This document shows, piece after piece, positions 13,403-27,135 of a stretch of 64,000 nt of DNA. Location of the stretch: contig NC_087245.1 of the NCBI RefSeq assembly GCF_037042905.1, positions 3,164,001 to 3,228,000 of the forward strand, read 5' to 3'. Under the pieces are notes generated by a model. The model was not told the DNA's origin and made no database searches. It saw only the letters and a list, made by a program, of their open reading frames with translations. This DNA comes from Lytechinus pictus (lineage: Eukaryota). The position numbers were made by a program, and so were the translations under genes. Position 1 is the first letter of the stretch. The number at the start of each line of letters is the position of its first letter.

Positions 13403-15542
13403 GGCGAGTCACGTGATGGGACGGCGCTGGCACTAATCCGCGTTCCGTGTGCCTCGGGAAAGATAGGTCAGTCAGCGCGGCGCGGTAGCCTATCTTAATT
13501 TTGGTTCAGATTAAAAAAGATGAACTGCGAGTATAATAACTAGATTATCGAGATCTATTGATCCAACTTATTAAAAGTAGGATGTAAAACAAATATACCA
13601 GGCCTTTATTTCGACAGTATAGAGGGAATTATTCATCCTTGGTTTTACTGGCAAAATTACTGTTTTTTCCTCGGGGCTTCGCCCCTCGTGTAAACTAGTA
13701 ATGCCAGTCAAACTTCCCGACAATTAATTCTCGCTATACTTCCTCAGAGCCTGATATTTATATAATATGTAGACTCTGATGGTTGAAAGGCTAGCATTTA
13801 TGACAATGTAGAAGTGATGGTACAATTAAATAATGACCGAAAGTTGTTTTGAAGATAGTGATCAAGTAAAAGTGTTTATCTTTGATCATGTAACAAAAAA
13901 TATATATATCAAACCAAGGATTCACCTTCTATTTTATTGCTTTGTTAACTTTATGAGCCTATTTGATTAAATTATTGTATGATTGTTCACCTGATTAGAA
14001 CGATACCAGAGACATTTTACTTCACAATCTGATAATTAATATAGAAATGTATATAAACCAACTCAAACGAAATATCCTTCGTTGAAATGAAACTACCCCC
14101 TTTTTTAAGGTCCCGTTTGAACCTGAATCATGATTTGAATGTGGATGCAAAATTCACAGATCTGTGACAAGGAATTATAAGATCAATTCCGGTTGCTCTA
14201 TACAGTATAGCAGCAGGTGATAAGGCGTTTACCGAACGGAAACAAGCTTTACACCTCAGCCACCAATCCTCATCACATCTGTATCCTCACACACTTCCTC
14301 CTTTTAAGATGTGAATGATTTTGAAAATAGATTGAATGAAATTGTTTATGATCTAGAATTAAGTGAGGCAAATCATAAAACTATCATTGATTTCTTTTTC
14401 TTCCAACAGGTAGTTAAAATATAATAAAAAATGAAGAGGGATGTTGACCGTATAGGGAACAGGCCTCACATGTTATTGGATTCTAAATAAATAAAAGAAT
14501 AATGAACAAAAGTTTGATGATGCATATAAGAAAATAAATGCCTATATTACATCAGTTAACGATCATATATTTTAAACATTAAATGAATGTTCCACTCTAA
14601 AATAATGAAGTTCTGATCATTAAGTGCTAAATTAGCATTTCATTTTTAGAGTGTAAATAGAGTGTATGGATTGTATCTTAAACTCAAATGACTTGCTATT
14701 TTTTCATGCCTCACAAGGCAAAAATTGTGGCTGACTCCTCCCCCAATATCCCAACTGTTGACAGTGCTATCGCGACAATAATCGGTCTGCAAGTTACTCC
14801 CAACGTTGTTTACAAAATTGTATACTTCATGATTTCAAAATGTCATATTATATACCCTTTTTATCATATGAATATTAAGTATGATGCGAATATTTAGGAA
14901 ATGTATAACATTCTACCATGTTTTTTTCTTCTATCTAATAATAGGTACAATATTTGTACGACTTTTAATTCTAAAAATATTCTGTAATCTGCCATTCCGT
15001 GAACCGTGAATTGATTACTTGATTTTTTTTATTATTAAACATGAGACCCAACATATAGTAACTGACAAATAAGTAATACTAGTAGTAAAATTGGTCATTG
15101 GTCAAGTACCAAGAAGTATAATCAATACTATTACAAAATATAAATATTTGACCTAACGTGCAGGAGAATGAGTATTGAGCAGTCGTTAGACCAAATTGAT
15201 ATTCGTCTAAAGTAAAGTAAGCTAGTCTGAAAAGAGGACAAAGTTGGTGAATGTGTCGTTGCAGTTCCAAAATAGTGTCCTTAGCAGATGGATATATTAC
15301 TTGAACTAGTTAGTCTGATTTTGGACAATGTCTCCTTAGAATCATCCATTCACATGGGATTTCCCGGAGGCCTGACTAGTCATCCAGGATAGTATAAACA
15401 CAACTTAGTAAACCAGGGGAGTCTCTTTAAATGGTCGCCAACTCTAGATCTACATGTTCTTGAGATACCGTCATTAGAATACATCGATGTTATTAGGGCT
15501 TTCATTCTCAGATATTTTCATTTTCATGTCTTTCCTTTTTAG

Positions 15543-15662
15543 AACACAGGCGCTGTCCAGATGATTCGGTTCCATGCAATAATGGCAGACAATGCTACCA
15601 GAAATTACAAATGTGTGACGGGTTTCCAAACTGCATAGATCTGTCAGATGAAGAAAACTGTG
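15543..15662 (+). CDS. Exon 2, LDL-receptor class A repeat 1 (EHRRCPDDSVPCNNGRQCYQKLQMCDGFPNCIDLSDEENC)
   Basis: Polypyrimidine tract plus AG, 120-nt phase 1-1 exon with six Cys and the C-x-D-x-S-D-E motif, donor G|GTACGT. Absent from the ORF track. Confidence 0.93.
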
Positions 15663-16094
15663 GTACGTATTTCCTTTCATAATGTATCAGAGTACTTTTC
15701 GGAATAGTAACATGTGTCAGATTCTTACAACTCTTTTCCATAGAGATGCTGTGTAAAAATGCCTAACCTTTTTTAACGATCCGCTTGAAACGAGTGTTCA
15801 AATTTTATATACTCACATTTATTTTTCGGGAACTTCTAATTTGTATACAGAAGAAAGCAATGTCAAAATAGGGTAGCCTGCACGCTATCCTATTTAATGT
15901 CCTGGTAGATGTTTATCAAACATGATCAAGCTGTATTCAAAGTAATCGATTTATTTTGTAAATTTCATTTTTTTAGATGTTCATGGACAGTTTCGGAATG
16001 GTAAGGAGACGGAGGGTGCTCAATCAACATGAGTCTTGTCCATTTTCTATCGCTCATATTAAAATAAGAAATGGTGGTTTATCCTGTGTAATTA

Positions 16095-16253
16095 TACCTC
16101 GGTCACATTTGCTCTACGGCGGCCGTGCGGCGAGTCGAAAACAGCCGTTTTATTCATTTTTATTCAAACCCCATTATGTAGCTGATACAAAAAATTAAAA
16201 CGGCTGTTTTCGACTTGACGTACGGCCGCCGTAGAGTAAATGTGACCGAGGTA
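16095..16253. mobile_element. Harbinger/Tourist-like MITE, 159 bp
   Basis: ~55-bp TIRs beginning TACCTCGGTCACATTT, TTA TSD on both sides. Confidence 0.9.
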
Positions 16254-17619
16254 TTAAGAATGAATCACAACCGACAAGGAATGGGCTGTTTTTTTTTATG
16301 ACGACAGTCCGGCATAGACGAATTGAAAACTGTTAGGCCCAATGGGGTATCTAGAGAGAGGGGACAATGTTTGCCCGAATAGTCTAGGTGATTGGTGAAA
16401 AAAATGTTCAGAAAATAGTACAAGCATGAAACTCGGCACAAAGGTAGAGTAAGTTATTCTAAACATTTTTAGCAGGGGGTGCCAACGTGAGTTCACCAAA
16501 CATAGCAATGGTTGCTAGGTAACATATTTACCTTAGTAACTGAGCTCAATTGGGCTTGAGTAACATTTTCTCAATCGATATGTCACACAAATTTTGATCT
16601 AAAGCATTTTCCTTTGTATCACATTAGTTTTGATCCATTTATTCATAACAACGGTTGCTAAGTGACCCTCTTTCGTAGCAACAAATACTTTATCTTAGTT
16701 TAGATCATTATAATTTAATCAGAATAGCTCAGAAATTAAATCTGGCCCATAGATTCCTCATGTGATGAATGTCTCCATAGGTAGACACAATGAGCACCAT
16801 AGCAACCGTTGCTAAGTAACATTTTCCACGATAACCAATTATTATAGGGTATCTTTTTTTATGATTATAATTTCTATGAATCTCATCTTTTCTATTAAAG
16901 CATTAATACATTAATCACAACAACCCAAGAACAATTATACCATGTATACAAGCCCATGCGAAGTATCAGTTGTTAAGTAATATGTTTTCTGTAGCAACCA
17001 ATGGTTAAAGGCCTTAAGGTAAGATTATTGATGTGTGTAAATCACGGAGGTACTAATAGATGCTTAAGAAGTAAAACCTTGCATAAATTAAAGTACCTCA
17101 TGATATGGTTCATATTATAAGACGATGTCTATGGGTTCCATATTATATTAGTACAATAATGCCTATTGCATGTTAAAAAAACCTCAATATTTATCCATTT
17201 GGAAACCATAATTATTATGGATTAACCTAAACATAAAATTATGTAAAAGATCGACCCTTGGAAAGAATTCCACAATATCAACATTTAGCAAGAGGTAACT
17301 CTGTTGAAGAACGGTCACAAGAGCTTCCCAGAGGTCATGGGTGCTTACAACCTAAATATCTCAGTCTGATCTTGGAGAGATAAACGAATGACCACCAATA
17401 ATTGACTGAGTCACTAAGTTTAGAATTATTTCAAACACCAAAAACTTGCCAGAAGTTAATTTTCAAATGAGTGCTTGTATACCACTTATCCCTTGCTAAC
17501 AGTAGTCGTTAGCTTGAAAGCCAACACACTTTGCCTTGGTTTACCCACTCCCTTCCGTAGCCTGAATGAAGATCATATCAGTTCTCCATGCCGTTCCCAA
17601 ACCGAATGCCACGGGCAGC

Positions 17620-18220
17620 AGTTGATTTTGACCAGGCGTTTTGACTTAGATCAATCCTGCGCAGCTGCGGGATCTATCATGAGGGGAAAGATCTGTTAGA
17701 AATGATTGGGACCATTCAGTTCCGTTTCCTGGCCTGTTGGCCTGGATCCTGCAGCTACATGATTTATCATGACTGCAGAAGTTGATTTGGACCTGTTAGT
17801 TCCGGGTGTTTTGACCTGGAACAGTCCTGCAGCTCCACGATCTATCATGACGTGACAGATCTTGCTAGAGTTGATTTGGACCCGTTCTGTTTCTATATAG
17901 GCATGATGGCCTGGATCCTGGTGCTAAATGACTTGATCCCGCTAAAGTTGATTTGGACCTTTCTGTTCTTTTTCCAGGAGTTTTGACCTGGAACAATCCT
18001 GCAGCTCCAGGATTTGTCATCACGTGAAAGATTTCGCAACAGTCGATTTGGACCAGCCAGTTCTATTTTCAGGCGTGCTGGCCTGTATCATGCAGCTATA
18101 TGATTGATCTATCATAGCTCGATCCTGCAGAAGTTGATTTGACCTGTTAGTTCCAATTGCAGGTATTTTGGCCAGGATCCTGCAGCTTCAAGATCGATTA
18201 TGACTTGATAGTTCTTGCAG
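17620..18220. repeat. Diverged tandem repeat, unit ~70-90 bp, inside the Academ-like element
   Basis: Recurrent GTTGATTTGGACC ... CCTGGA ... TCCTGCAGCT ... TCTATCATGA motifs, about 7 copies. Confidence 0.85.
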
Positions 18221-19189
18221 GACTATGCGCATCTGACTTTGTCACCTACGTATGTGAAGCACATGTGATATCAGGTTGGCTGGACGCGATCCATACTCGG
18301 CCACAGAACAGTCATGACAGTAGCATGAAGTTCTGATATGCTTCTTCCTTCCATATACCTCCAATACTTCTTGGCATGTCCAACTCAGATTGAAATGATT
18401 CTGCTGATGGCACTACCACCTTATCTCGCAATATAATTTCCTTATGGAGAGAAATGTTTCTTACACTTTGATTGATGAACAATTAATTGTCCCACCGAAG
18501 AGGATGATGACTGTAACTTTCTTGATGTATTCCTCTGTTGCATCTGATATTCTTTGTCAAGCATACTGCATGCTTCACAGTGGTCTTACTTTCCTGTACT
18601 TATGATAAACATTGACAGTCTTAACTTAAATTTCGGACTAATTATATGCCCTTCTTTGAGAAGGCATGTGCGACACATAAAATGTACGTTCGATTTATTC
18701 GCTAGAATTGTACCCAAAGTCCCAAGCTATTGGAAACTTACAGTGTAAATATAAATCATTAATGTTCTTTCATCATCTAGAAACTATTGCAAAATATCAT
18801 GTAAATTATGTAAATGACTCAGGTGCCCAGCATTATGATCAAATATATACAGATACATACAGTGGCAATTGCTCCTAGTAAACTTGGGATTGAATAATTA
18901 GTTGTTCTTTTTTAAAGATGCTCAAATGAGCAAGAATGATGAAAAAAATCATTCTAAGCAGGTTGGAAAGCTTTGTACCAACACCTTTACATTGCTTTCA
19001 ATTTTCCAACCATACTTTTTATGTCGACCTGTTACAACATACAATATCCTGCATATTACCGCTTCATCTTCATGATTTGTAGGATGCGGCGTTAATGATT
19101 AGTGTCAATTACAGAGATAACCATTTCTTTTAAAAGATTTTGTTGTATAAACGACAAATGTATTGCTTCGTGACATATTCACAAGTGGT

Positions 19190-19472
19190 ACATGTACAGT
19201 TGATGCTTGAAGCTGTTTCAGGTCTACTGTCCATGCTATACAGTAAACATACAGTCAATGATGCTTGAGGCTGTTTCATCAGGTCTACTGTCCATGCTAT
19301 ACAGTAAACATACAGTCAGTGGTGTTTGAGGCTGTTTTAGGTCTACTGTGCATGCTATACAGTGAACATAGTCAATGATGATTGAGGCTGTTTCAGGTCT
19401 ACTATGCATGCTATGTACAGTGCACATACAGTCAATGATGCTTGAAACCGTTTCAGGTCTACTGTACATGCT
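19190..19472. repeat. ~58-60-bp minisatellite, about 5 copies
   Basis: ATACAGTCAATGATGCTTGAGGCTGTTTCAGGTCTACTGTCCATGCTATACAGT repeated in tandem. Confidence 0.9.
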
Positions 19473-22400
19473 TTTCAAGTCAGTCAATAATATCAAAACT
19501 TTACTTACAAGTATTGTGTGTGGGCATTAATCGCCACTGCTTCCAAAATGAAGCTTTGTCATTTGGGAGCGATTAGTTCATATCAATCAAATTTCAGCTT
19601 CCCTTTGCCCCAAAATTTCAGTCTTTCCCAGTGTTCCATGTACATCCACTACGATGCCCTGTCACATTTTCATAACAGGCGAGATCCTATATAATTATTA
19701 AATAGCAAGCACATTCAATGACTCAGTGATTATTTTTGTCGGTGTGTTATTTATTTTATTTTATTAATTTTATTTCATTTCCAGGTACACATACTCATAA
19801 CAATAGTCAAATTCATTACAATGAAAATAATCATCATACAACATCCAATATACAATATCAATTAAAAAAAAAAAAAAAAAAAAAAGAGGAAAGAACACCA
19901 GCTAAAACCTGGGGATTATAAAAAAAAAATCAAGCTTCTGTTAAAAGACTCTCCTCATTAGCTGGTGCTAAAAAAGAACACGAACATTAAAATACAGTTC
20001 AACAAATAACAAATAACAAATAAAAATGACATTTGAAGACATAATTTGCTAATGCAGGTTTAGAAGGAAAGAAAGAAAGAAAGAAAGAAGGAAATAAGGA
20101 AGGAAGGAAAGAAAGAAAGAAAGGAAGAAAGAAAGAAGGAAGAAAGAAAGGAAAGAAAGAAAGAAAAGGAGAGGTTAGCTGTGTCATGTATGAGTAAAAA
20201 GTATGAAGAAAAATAATCAAATCATGTATATCAAAATTAGGTTTGTTACCTAGATACGATTATTATGCGGATATTATAATTATTTGGACTGCTTCTGAAT
20301 TTTTCAGGCTTATCAGATATTTTTTACTCGCAGGTTTCATATTTTGACCAATTTTCTAACCAGTTTCATTCAGTTATTATGACCAGATGTTGTATTCAGG
20401 ATTATTATCTATAGTTGCTATGGAAAATGTGTTGCTTAGCAACTGTTGCTGTACATGGTTGGAACGTTGCTTAATATGTGACTGTAAAATTGGCGCTTAG
20501 AAGTAAAAATATAGTTTTTAAAATGTAGATAACACCCTGAAATGGTGGTTGGTAAGGTAAATATGTTACCTAGCAACTGTTGCTATACGAAGAGAGATCG
20601 GGTTGGCACCCCCGGCTAAAAATGTTCAGCACTTTTAACTCTACCTGTCAGCCAAATTTCATGCTTGTACCATAATCTGAACAATTCTTGCTATTTTTTG
20701 CACCGATCATCCAGACTAGAACGCCACTTAGCTTCGGATATACACTGTAAAATCGATGTGCTCATTCTGGTTTACGACAGGGAATGAGAAGACCTGTTCT
20801 TAGATTCAAACAATATTTGAATGTCAAATGTTAAGTGCTCAAAATTCGAGCATTGGTGTTGAAAAGATTTCTTCATGGAAGATTGTCATAAGCTGACATT
20901 CATGGCACCAGCGTAAATTCTTGCGTCACATCTATTGTTCGGAGGGGATGGAATAATAGATTACTGATCACCTCCCAGAACAATTGGTGTGACGCAAAGA
21001 TTTACGCCAATGATTTAGGGAATGTAATAACCTGCTCTCCTATTTTTTATGATTAATTCATGATATTTTTACGATTGAGCGAATATTGAATTCCCCACAT
21101 TTCAAATTTTCTTTCTAACACCCTTCTTAAGAGAGCTGACATTTTGATTGAAATAATTTTCTAGGGGATTATCTTAGAATAATGGCCATGGGATGTAGTT
21201 ACTGTGTGTAGGGAACCCATCTCTGATATATGCTTAACATTGAGATTCTTCTGTTAAAAATGAATTCACAATAATGACGGAAAATGCAAACGAAACTTTC
21301 ATTTTTACATGCTAATTTCATTTGATTGATTTTCATTTAATTTGAACTGTCCACTTACTAAAATGCCTATTCATTAATTAGAATATGTTGCTAAGTTCAG
21401 ATTGTAGGATCAATCAAAATTTCTCAGTTCTAAAAAATGAAAGAGATGATTATGATCAGTCATTAATGAATACATAAGCCTCCATGAAGTATGAGCCTTA
21501 ACAGAAAGAAGGAAAATACCAGTCGATTTGATATTTGATAAATTGTAAATTGTAAATTTAATTTCATTTAAATCTATACAAGAAGGCAAGCTCTCAAAGT
21601 AGAGCAAAATTGTGATAAGACTTTAAATCGTTTCAAGTGATTTCATTTAATGCTTTATCAAGAAGTTGCCAATCAACCACTGAAACTATACAAATATTTT
21701 TCCAGTATTAAGAGACTTGCGGTCAACCAGACTTTTGGACTGAATAAATTTGTCAGTATAGGCACGTGGAACTGTAGTGGGTGCCAAATGTGCATCTTGT
21801 TGACATTTATTGTTTTGAAAATAAGGATGTCAAAGGTACAATATTCTTTCAATTGATAACGTTATCTTCGGAGGGTAGAGATTATGACATCACGAAAGAA
21901 GATGAGAAAAAAATGGGGGGGGGGGTATCTAAGTGAATTTCGCAAATACCATTTCGATATCTGAGGTCGGGTGTCCCGTTCATTACTTTAACTTCAGAAG
22001 ATTTTCACGCGTAACCCAGCTCACGGCATGAAAAAACGTTTTCCCATTCTCAATAGTAAGGTATGAAGTTATTCAAAAGCTTATTGACATGAATCAGATT
22101 CGGATCAATCATAACCAGTCAGATATGTTGCGCAATTTACCATACTGTGAAACTGAAATGAAAGAAAAAAATTCTAATACGAAAATTGTGACTTCTCCAT
22201 ATCAAAACTTCCTCTTCATTTGCAGTTTTTAGTTTTCCATAGGACCAGCGTCTGAGATGGGGTGTTTTTTAGCAGGGAATTATTGATTAAGTTTCATTTT
22301 CTGTTCCTCTTTTTTTCTTTGCTATTGTTTGTGAGAGTTGGATGCTTGGTATTGGAAATGTTTGGTGCATTTCGTTTCATTGAACAATACGCATGCTTGC

Positions 22401-24578
22401 CATATGTTTACTCTTTATATTAAACAAAAAAGTTGGTTAAAAGCTTTTGATAAAGCAAACAAAACATTTGAAAAATAAAATTGAATAGAAATTCGATCGC
22501 TTGCTACAGATGATAATTTCATGAGATTCAGGGAGATTCATTACCACGTCATCCAAGTACAATCGATGGTAAATTCAACGCTCAAGTTCACTCCATTCTG
22601 TGACTCATTGGCTCACTCACCTGGAAGATGATCCGAACATAACAGTAAGGATGAGTTTGATATCAAGAGATTACGATATTAAAGATCAAATATCTAAACA
22701 TTGATTCTGCGAATAGAAATTTACCCAATCGATCTCATGGTAAGAAGAAAGTTAACATGGATGCAGGAGAGGTATACGTTACACAAAGTAATAGAAAAGC
22801 TGAAAGGGGATGGTGATGCCGCTTGGAAACCGCCCCTCTCCTTCCGTCGAGCGAGTGCAAGCCTTCGTGATGTCCTAAAATATAACATTTGGATGCGCAT
22901 CACAAAGAAATATAGCGAACCTCTTTATAATATAGAAAAAAAATCAGCGAAAACCAATATACATGGTCTTATCATATTTTACAGGTGAAGTGTTATGTGC
23001 TTAGAGAGGTAAGTAGTAAGATCCTAGATTTTTGTGATACAAATGTTGTTTAACATAGCTGTGCATTTTTTTTTCAAATGGTCCTGACTTTATATCAGAA
23101 TAAATTACTTTCGGCAACCCTTGATACCGCTTAAACAAATTTGATACGATTAAGGAGAGATCTATCTGATTTGAATGGCTTTTATCTTTGAAAGTGTTGC
23201 TTAACCTTTAGTTGAAAGTTTTATATATACATGATCAAGTGTCAAATAGAAATGAATAATGTACTAACGCAAAGTTCTACTGTTTTACTTTTCCATAAAC
23301 ATTTACACACATCTCTTTACAATGTGTATAACGAATTACTATTCATTCAACAAAAACATAATCTTTGGTTGTGCACTTAGTTTATCTCTTCTCAGATATG
23401 CTACCGAATGTCAACTAGGTCATGATCTTGTAGTATATTTCTGTTAGAAATTAATAAACTAGAAATTCATTTTGAAATATTTTATCACTGTATTTTATCA
23501 CATTTCTAAATCAAAGGCGAACGCAATCATCTGGAAATGATATGTAGTTTCCTGAATTCATTAATAGAATATTTTAAACGATTTTATTATGTTCCTTCGG
23601 GTAATATAAGAATTGATGTACTTCTTCATGCCCACTCAATTTGACATTGACGTCATATTCAGTTGCGAACCAAATCTTGAAATATGAATGAAATAAAATA
23701 ATTTGTTCCTAAAAATAAAAAATCGAATTAACACTTTGATCAATATCCCACAAAGTAATATGAGAATCGGATGTGCCACTGTTCTCATAATTATACACTC
23801 ATTTGCAAAATGGATTAATTGAAATTTCTTGCTTTTTTATGTTTCTCATAATGCAAGTTGTAAATTTTCCACCCTGCCATTTCCTATTAACAGGATAGAT
23901 GTAATAATCTTTATATTACTGCAGAGCAATAAACAAACGACGCCCAAGTCCGTTTGGTTTTTCTAAGAAGTAACACACTCTCTATTTTTGTCTGCTCAGC
24001 CTATATAGCCAAATTTAATGATCTTTAACATAATAAATTGAAGAGATGAGAGAAAGTTTAAAGAACAATGATGAACAGAAAAATACATTAACACACACTA
24101 GCACTTACACCCTCATACACCCCAAAACAGACATAAATGCGAACACTAAATTAAAAATGTATAATCTTCATTTGATTTACGTTAGAAGAGAATGGCAGAT
24201 ACATGCAAAGGTCTTGCTCAAGGACAAGATTGCCCTGGCAGGACTAACTCCAGACTTTCTCTTTGAATTCCTGTATAAATAAATAAATGAATAAATAAAT
24301 AAATAAAAAATATGATAGGATTTATATAGCGCACGTATCCACCTTGCTAGGTGCTTAAAGCGCTCCTATACACTCCTATATCACTCCTGTATGACGTAAC
24401 TGTAGATTTTCTTATTCCCCTTCTTCTTCTTTTTACTCAACAAATGGTGTAGAAAATATATAAGCAATCATACATATTAAGAATATCTCTTAGGTCCCTC
24501 CGTATTTTTCGGTCTATTTCCTCTGTCCTGAACTTTCACTACATGATACAGTCATCAGCAAAGAGATGCACCGTATAC

Positions 24579-24734
24579 CAGGGGCCGCGGAACCGGGGGG
24601 GGGGGCTGGGGGGCTTCAGCCCCCCACTTTTTTCCAAAACCGTGTACAAAAAAATAAAAATGACCATATGATTGTGATTTTTAGCATGGTCAGCCCCCCC
24701 CCCCCCCACTTTGAAAACCGTTCCGCGGCCCCTG
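24579..24734. mobile_element. hAT-like MITE, copy 1
   Basis: TIRs CAGGGGCCGCGGAAC / GTTCCGCGGCCCCTG, 5-bp TSD TATAC. A second copy lies at 37321. Confidence 0.9.
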
Positions 24735-25417
24735 TATACTATGATGTTAAGTATTCCGAAAGATTGTACTCCAATGACGAGGACGAAGGGTATAGGGTCC
24801 GACCATGCAACCTTGGAGAACCTCTAAGATGACAGATGATTAATATGACGTAACTCATTCATCCAGACCCTATGGGAGTGGTCGCTGAATGGATTTTAAT
24901 GCCATGAATCGATATTGCCTCTAAATTACATACCTGTACTACTAGTATTCTTTATTAGTGAAGGCTCGAAAGTGATAGAAAAGGCTTGGTGTAAGAAATT
25001 ATTAATGTGTTGATAAACATGTGTGCGACCAAAACGGGGGTTAAATCAATTCAAAATGTCATGGTATACGTTTAACCGTTATTTTGATGTTAATGACCAT
25101 CAAAGTGATTTATCGTTTTTATTACATTTGGTCGGACTCATGTATTAACTGACACTTTAATATTTTGCATAAAAACATTTCGGTATTTCGTTCACATGCC
25201 GTCTGTTCCGGTTACCTATCTAGAAAATACGGTTTAAAAAGAAATCAGTTTTCATCTTAGCAATGATGCTTCCATCTGTTCATTATATATCAATTAAAAA
25301 TGGTTTGGAATTAGGAAATTCAAACATTCTAAAACGTTCATTATCACATACATACCAAATTATTTCCAAGTTAGAAATATAAATTTATTGTATATTTTTT
25401 GGTCATTTCAAGCTCAT

Positions 25418-25842
25418 TGGCCCGAATTCACAAAGGTGGTTTTGAAAACCCACGGTTGAGTCCATGGTTTATGCAGATTTCCTGTATAAATTACGCTTAT
25501 TTTACCGCGCATATTAAAAAATGTCCAATGCTGATGCGCGCTTTTGTCACAGTGCGCCAAATTGACGCCTGTTGCCGTGGTTATCCACGCTATTTTATTC
25601 ATGAGTCCACTGTTTTTATTCATGAGTCCACTCTTCAAACAGTGGACTCATGAATAAAATAGCGTATCTAACCATGGTAACAGGCGTCAATTTGGCGCAC
25701 TGTGACAAAAGCGCGCATCACATTGGACATTTTTATACACGCGCCCGATACGCGCTAAATTAAGCATAATTTATACAAGAAATCTGCATAAACCATGGAT
25801 TCAACCGTGGGTTTTCAAAACCACCTTTGTGAATTCGGGCCA
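25418..25842. mobile_element. Almost fully palindromic MITE, Harbinger/ISL2EU-like
   Basis: ~200-bp TIRs beginning TGGCCCGAATTCACAAAGGTGGTTTTGAAAACCCACGGTTGA, AT on both flanks. Confidence 0.9.
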
Positions 25843-26825
25843 ATATGACCGAATATTACATCCCCGATCCTGCAGTTGTATCACTATCTTTTTTTTTTTT
25901 TTTTTTTACAATTAACAGTTCATTTAAAAAAAATATTTTCTTTGCCATTAATGATTTTTTTTAGGCTTCATTATCATTTTCCAATTCATAATCCAAAGAG
26001 TTCAACAAGAGTTAATGACCTCTGATTTTATTTTGAAACAAGAATTCTGAAGATTAACACACATCTTCTTTGGCCCTCGTGCACAATATTATTATTTTGA
26101 TCTTACATTTTGCAGCTGTTTATTGCTTGCGCATTTTCTCACCCTACCTTCTGATTGGGTTTCCTTAATATAATCCCCCCCTTCATGTTTTTTCGTTTTA
26201 CCGAGATTTTTTTATTTAAGTAAATGCAAAGCTTCTGCTCCTTTCATTTAGGATACTATTCATTAGAACGTGATTTATCAATACCCTTTCACTGTTTACT
26301 TATATTTTGATCGTGCATTTAATACAAGACTGAATTGTGACATGTTTATCATTAGTTCATGCTCCATCTCCACTGGTTGGATTAGATTCAAGACTATTCT
26401 TACTTTCATGGATCATTCCTTTTATATTTGATCAATCGCAAAGACGAAGTATTTCAGTATCATTTCAAGCATTGAATGAGTTGCCATAATATTTCCATTC
26501 ATCAATTTCTTTATTAGAATTTAGGTTATGATGTACCTGTCTTTCTTTTTCAATCTATTTTTTGCCCGTAGTTCTTAATCAGGACTACATGAAATAGAAT
26601 AGAGTTTCTTTTTATTTTATCTAGCCATTAGCAAAACTATAGAGTAAGCATATCGGGTCTTATCTTGTAAAATACCATGTTATCTTCAAAGAACTAGGAG
26701 AAAATTTCTTTTAAATGAAAGTTACCTGTTCTCGTGACTGATGAAGGCTTGATCATACGTTTGATAACATGCCTTACACCTACGTGATTCGATTTCTTAT
26801 GAAAAAAATATTACATGGGGAAATA

Positions 26826-26829
<4 letters not shown>

Positions 26830-26885
<56 letters not shown>
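26830..26885. repeat. (TA)n microsatellite; other simple repeats at 4262-4370 (GAA), 5205-5260 (TAA), 20062-20168 (GAAA), 30736-30823 (C/CT/CA), 40260-40298, 55725-55803, 57890-58050 (TGA), 63124-63177
   Basis: Directly visible simple repeats. Confidence 0.97.
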
Positions 26886-26886
<1 letters not shown>

Positions 26887-27135
26887 GTTATCGAGACTGC
26901 TAAGAAAGCACGAACGCACGTAATAAACAACCAGAGAACTGAAGGCTTAAGATCCTCTCCAAGAATGCCAAGGTGATGTGATGACAACGATTAAACTGAC
27001 GATGGAAAGTCGCACGCTATTTATTTTAGACATTTTTAGATTCTGTAATCACACAAGATTATTGATTGAATAATAGTTACAAGAGTGGTAACTACGTTAC
27101 TACTAGGGATAATCAGACCATCATTACAGAAGGAT

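Larger units (their letters stand above)
16380..20718. mobile_element. ~4.3-kb degenerate Academ-like DNA transposon
   Basis: TAG...CTA termini, imperfect TIRs over 150 bp, 3-bp TSD GAA at 16377-16379 and 20719-20721. No intact ORF. Superfamily inferred from termini and TSD only. Confidence 0.75.

Noticed and set aside
22985..23008. 24-nt micro-exon (TTTTACAG|...GAG|GTAAGT) in intron 2
   Set aside because: Splice sites are good, but in the required phase 1 it contains TAG. It could only be a poison exon, and nothing else supports that.
26735..26775. Hammerhead ribozyme core (CTGATGA) near (TA)n, and a similar idea at 41255-41300
   Set aside because: No properly placed GAAA with stems II and III at the first site, and no CTGANGA at the second.
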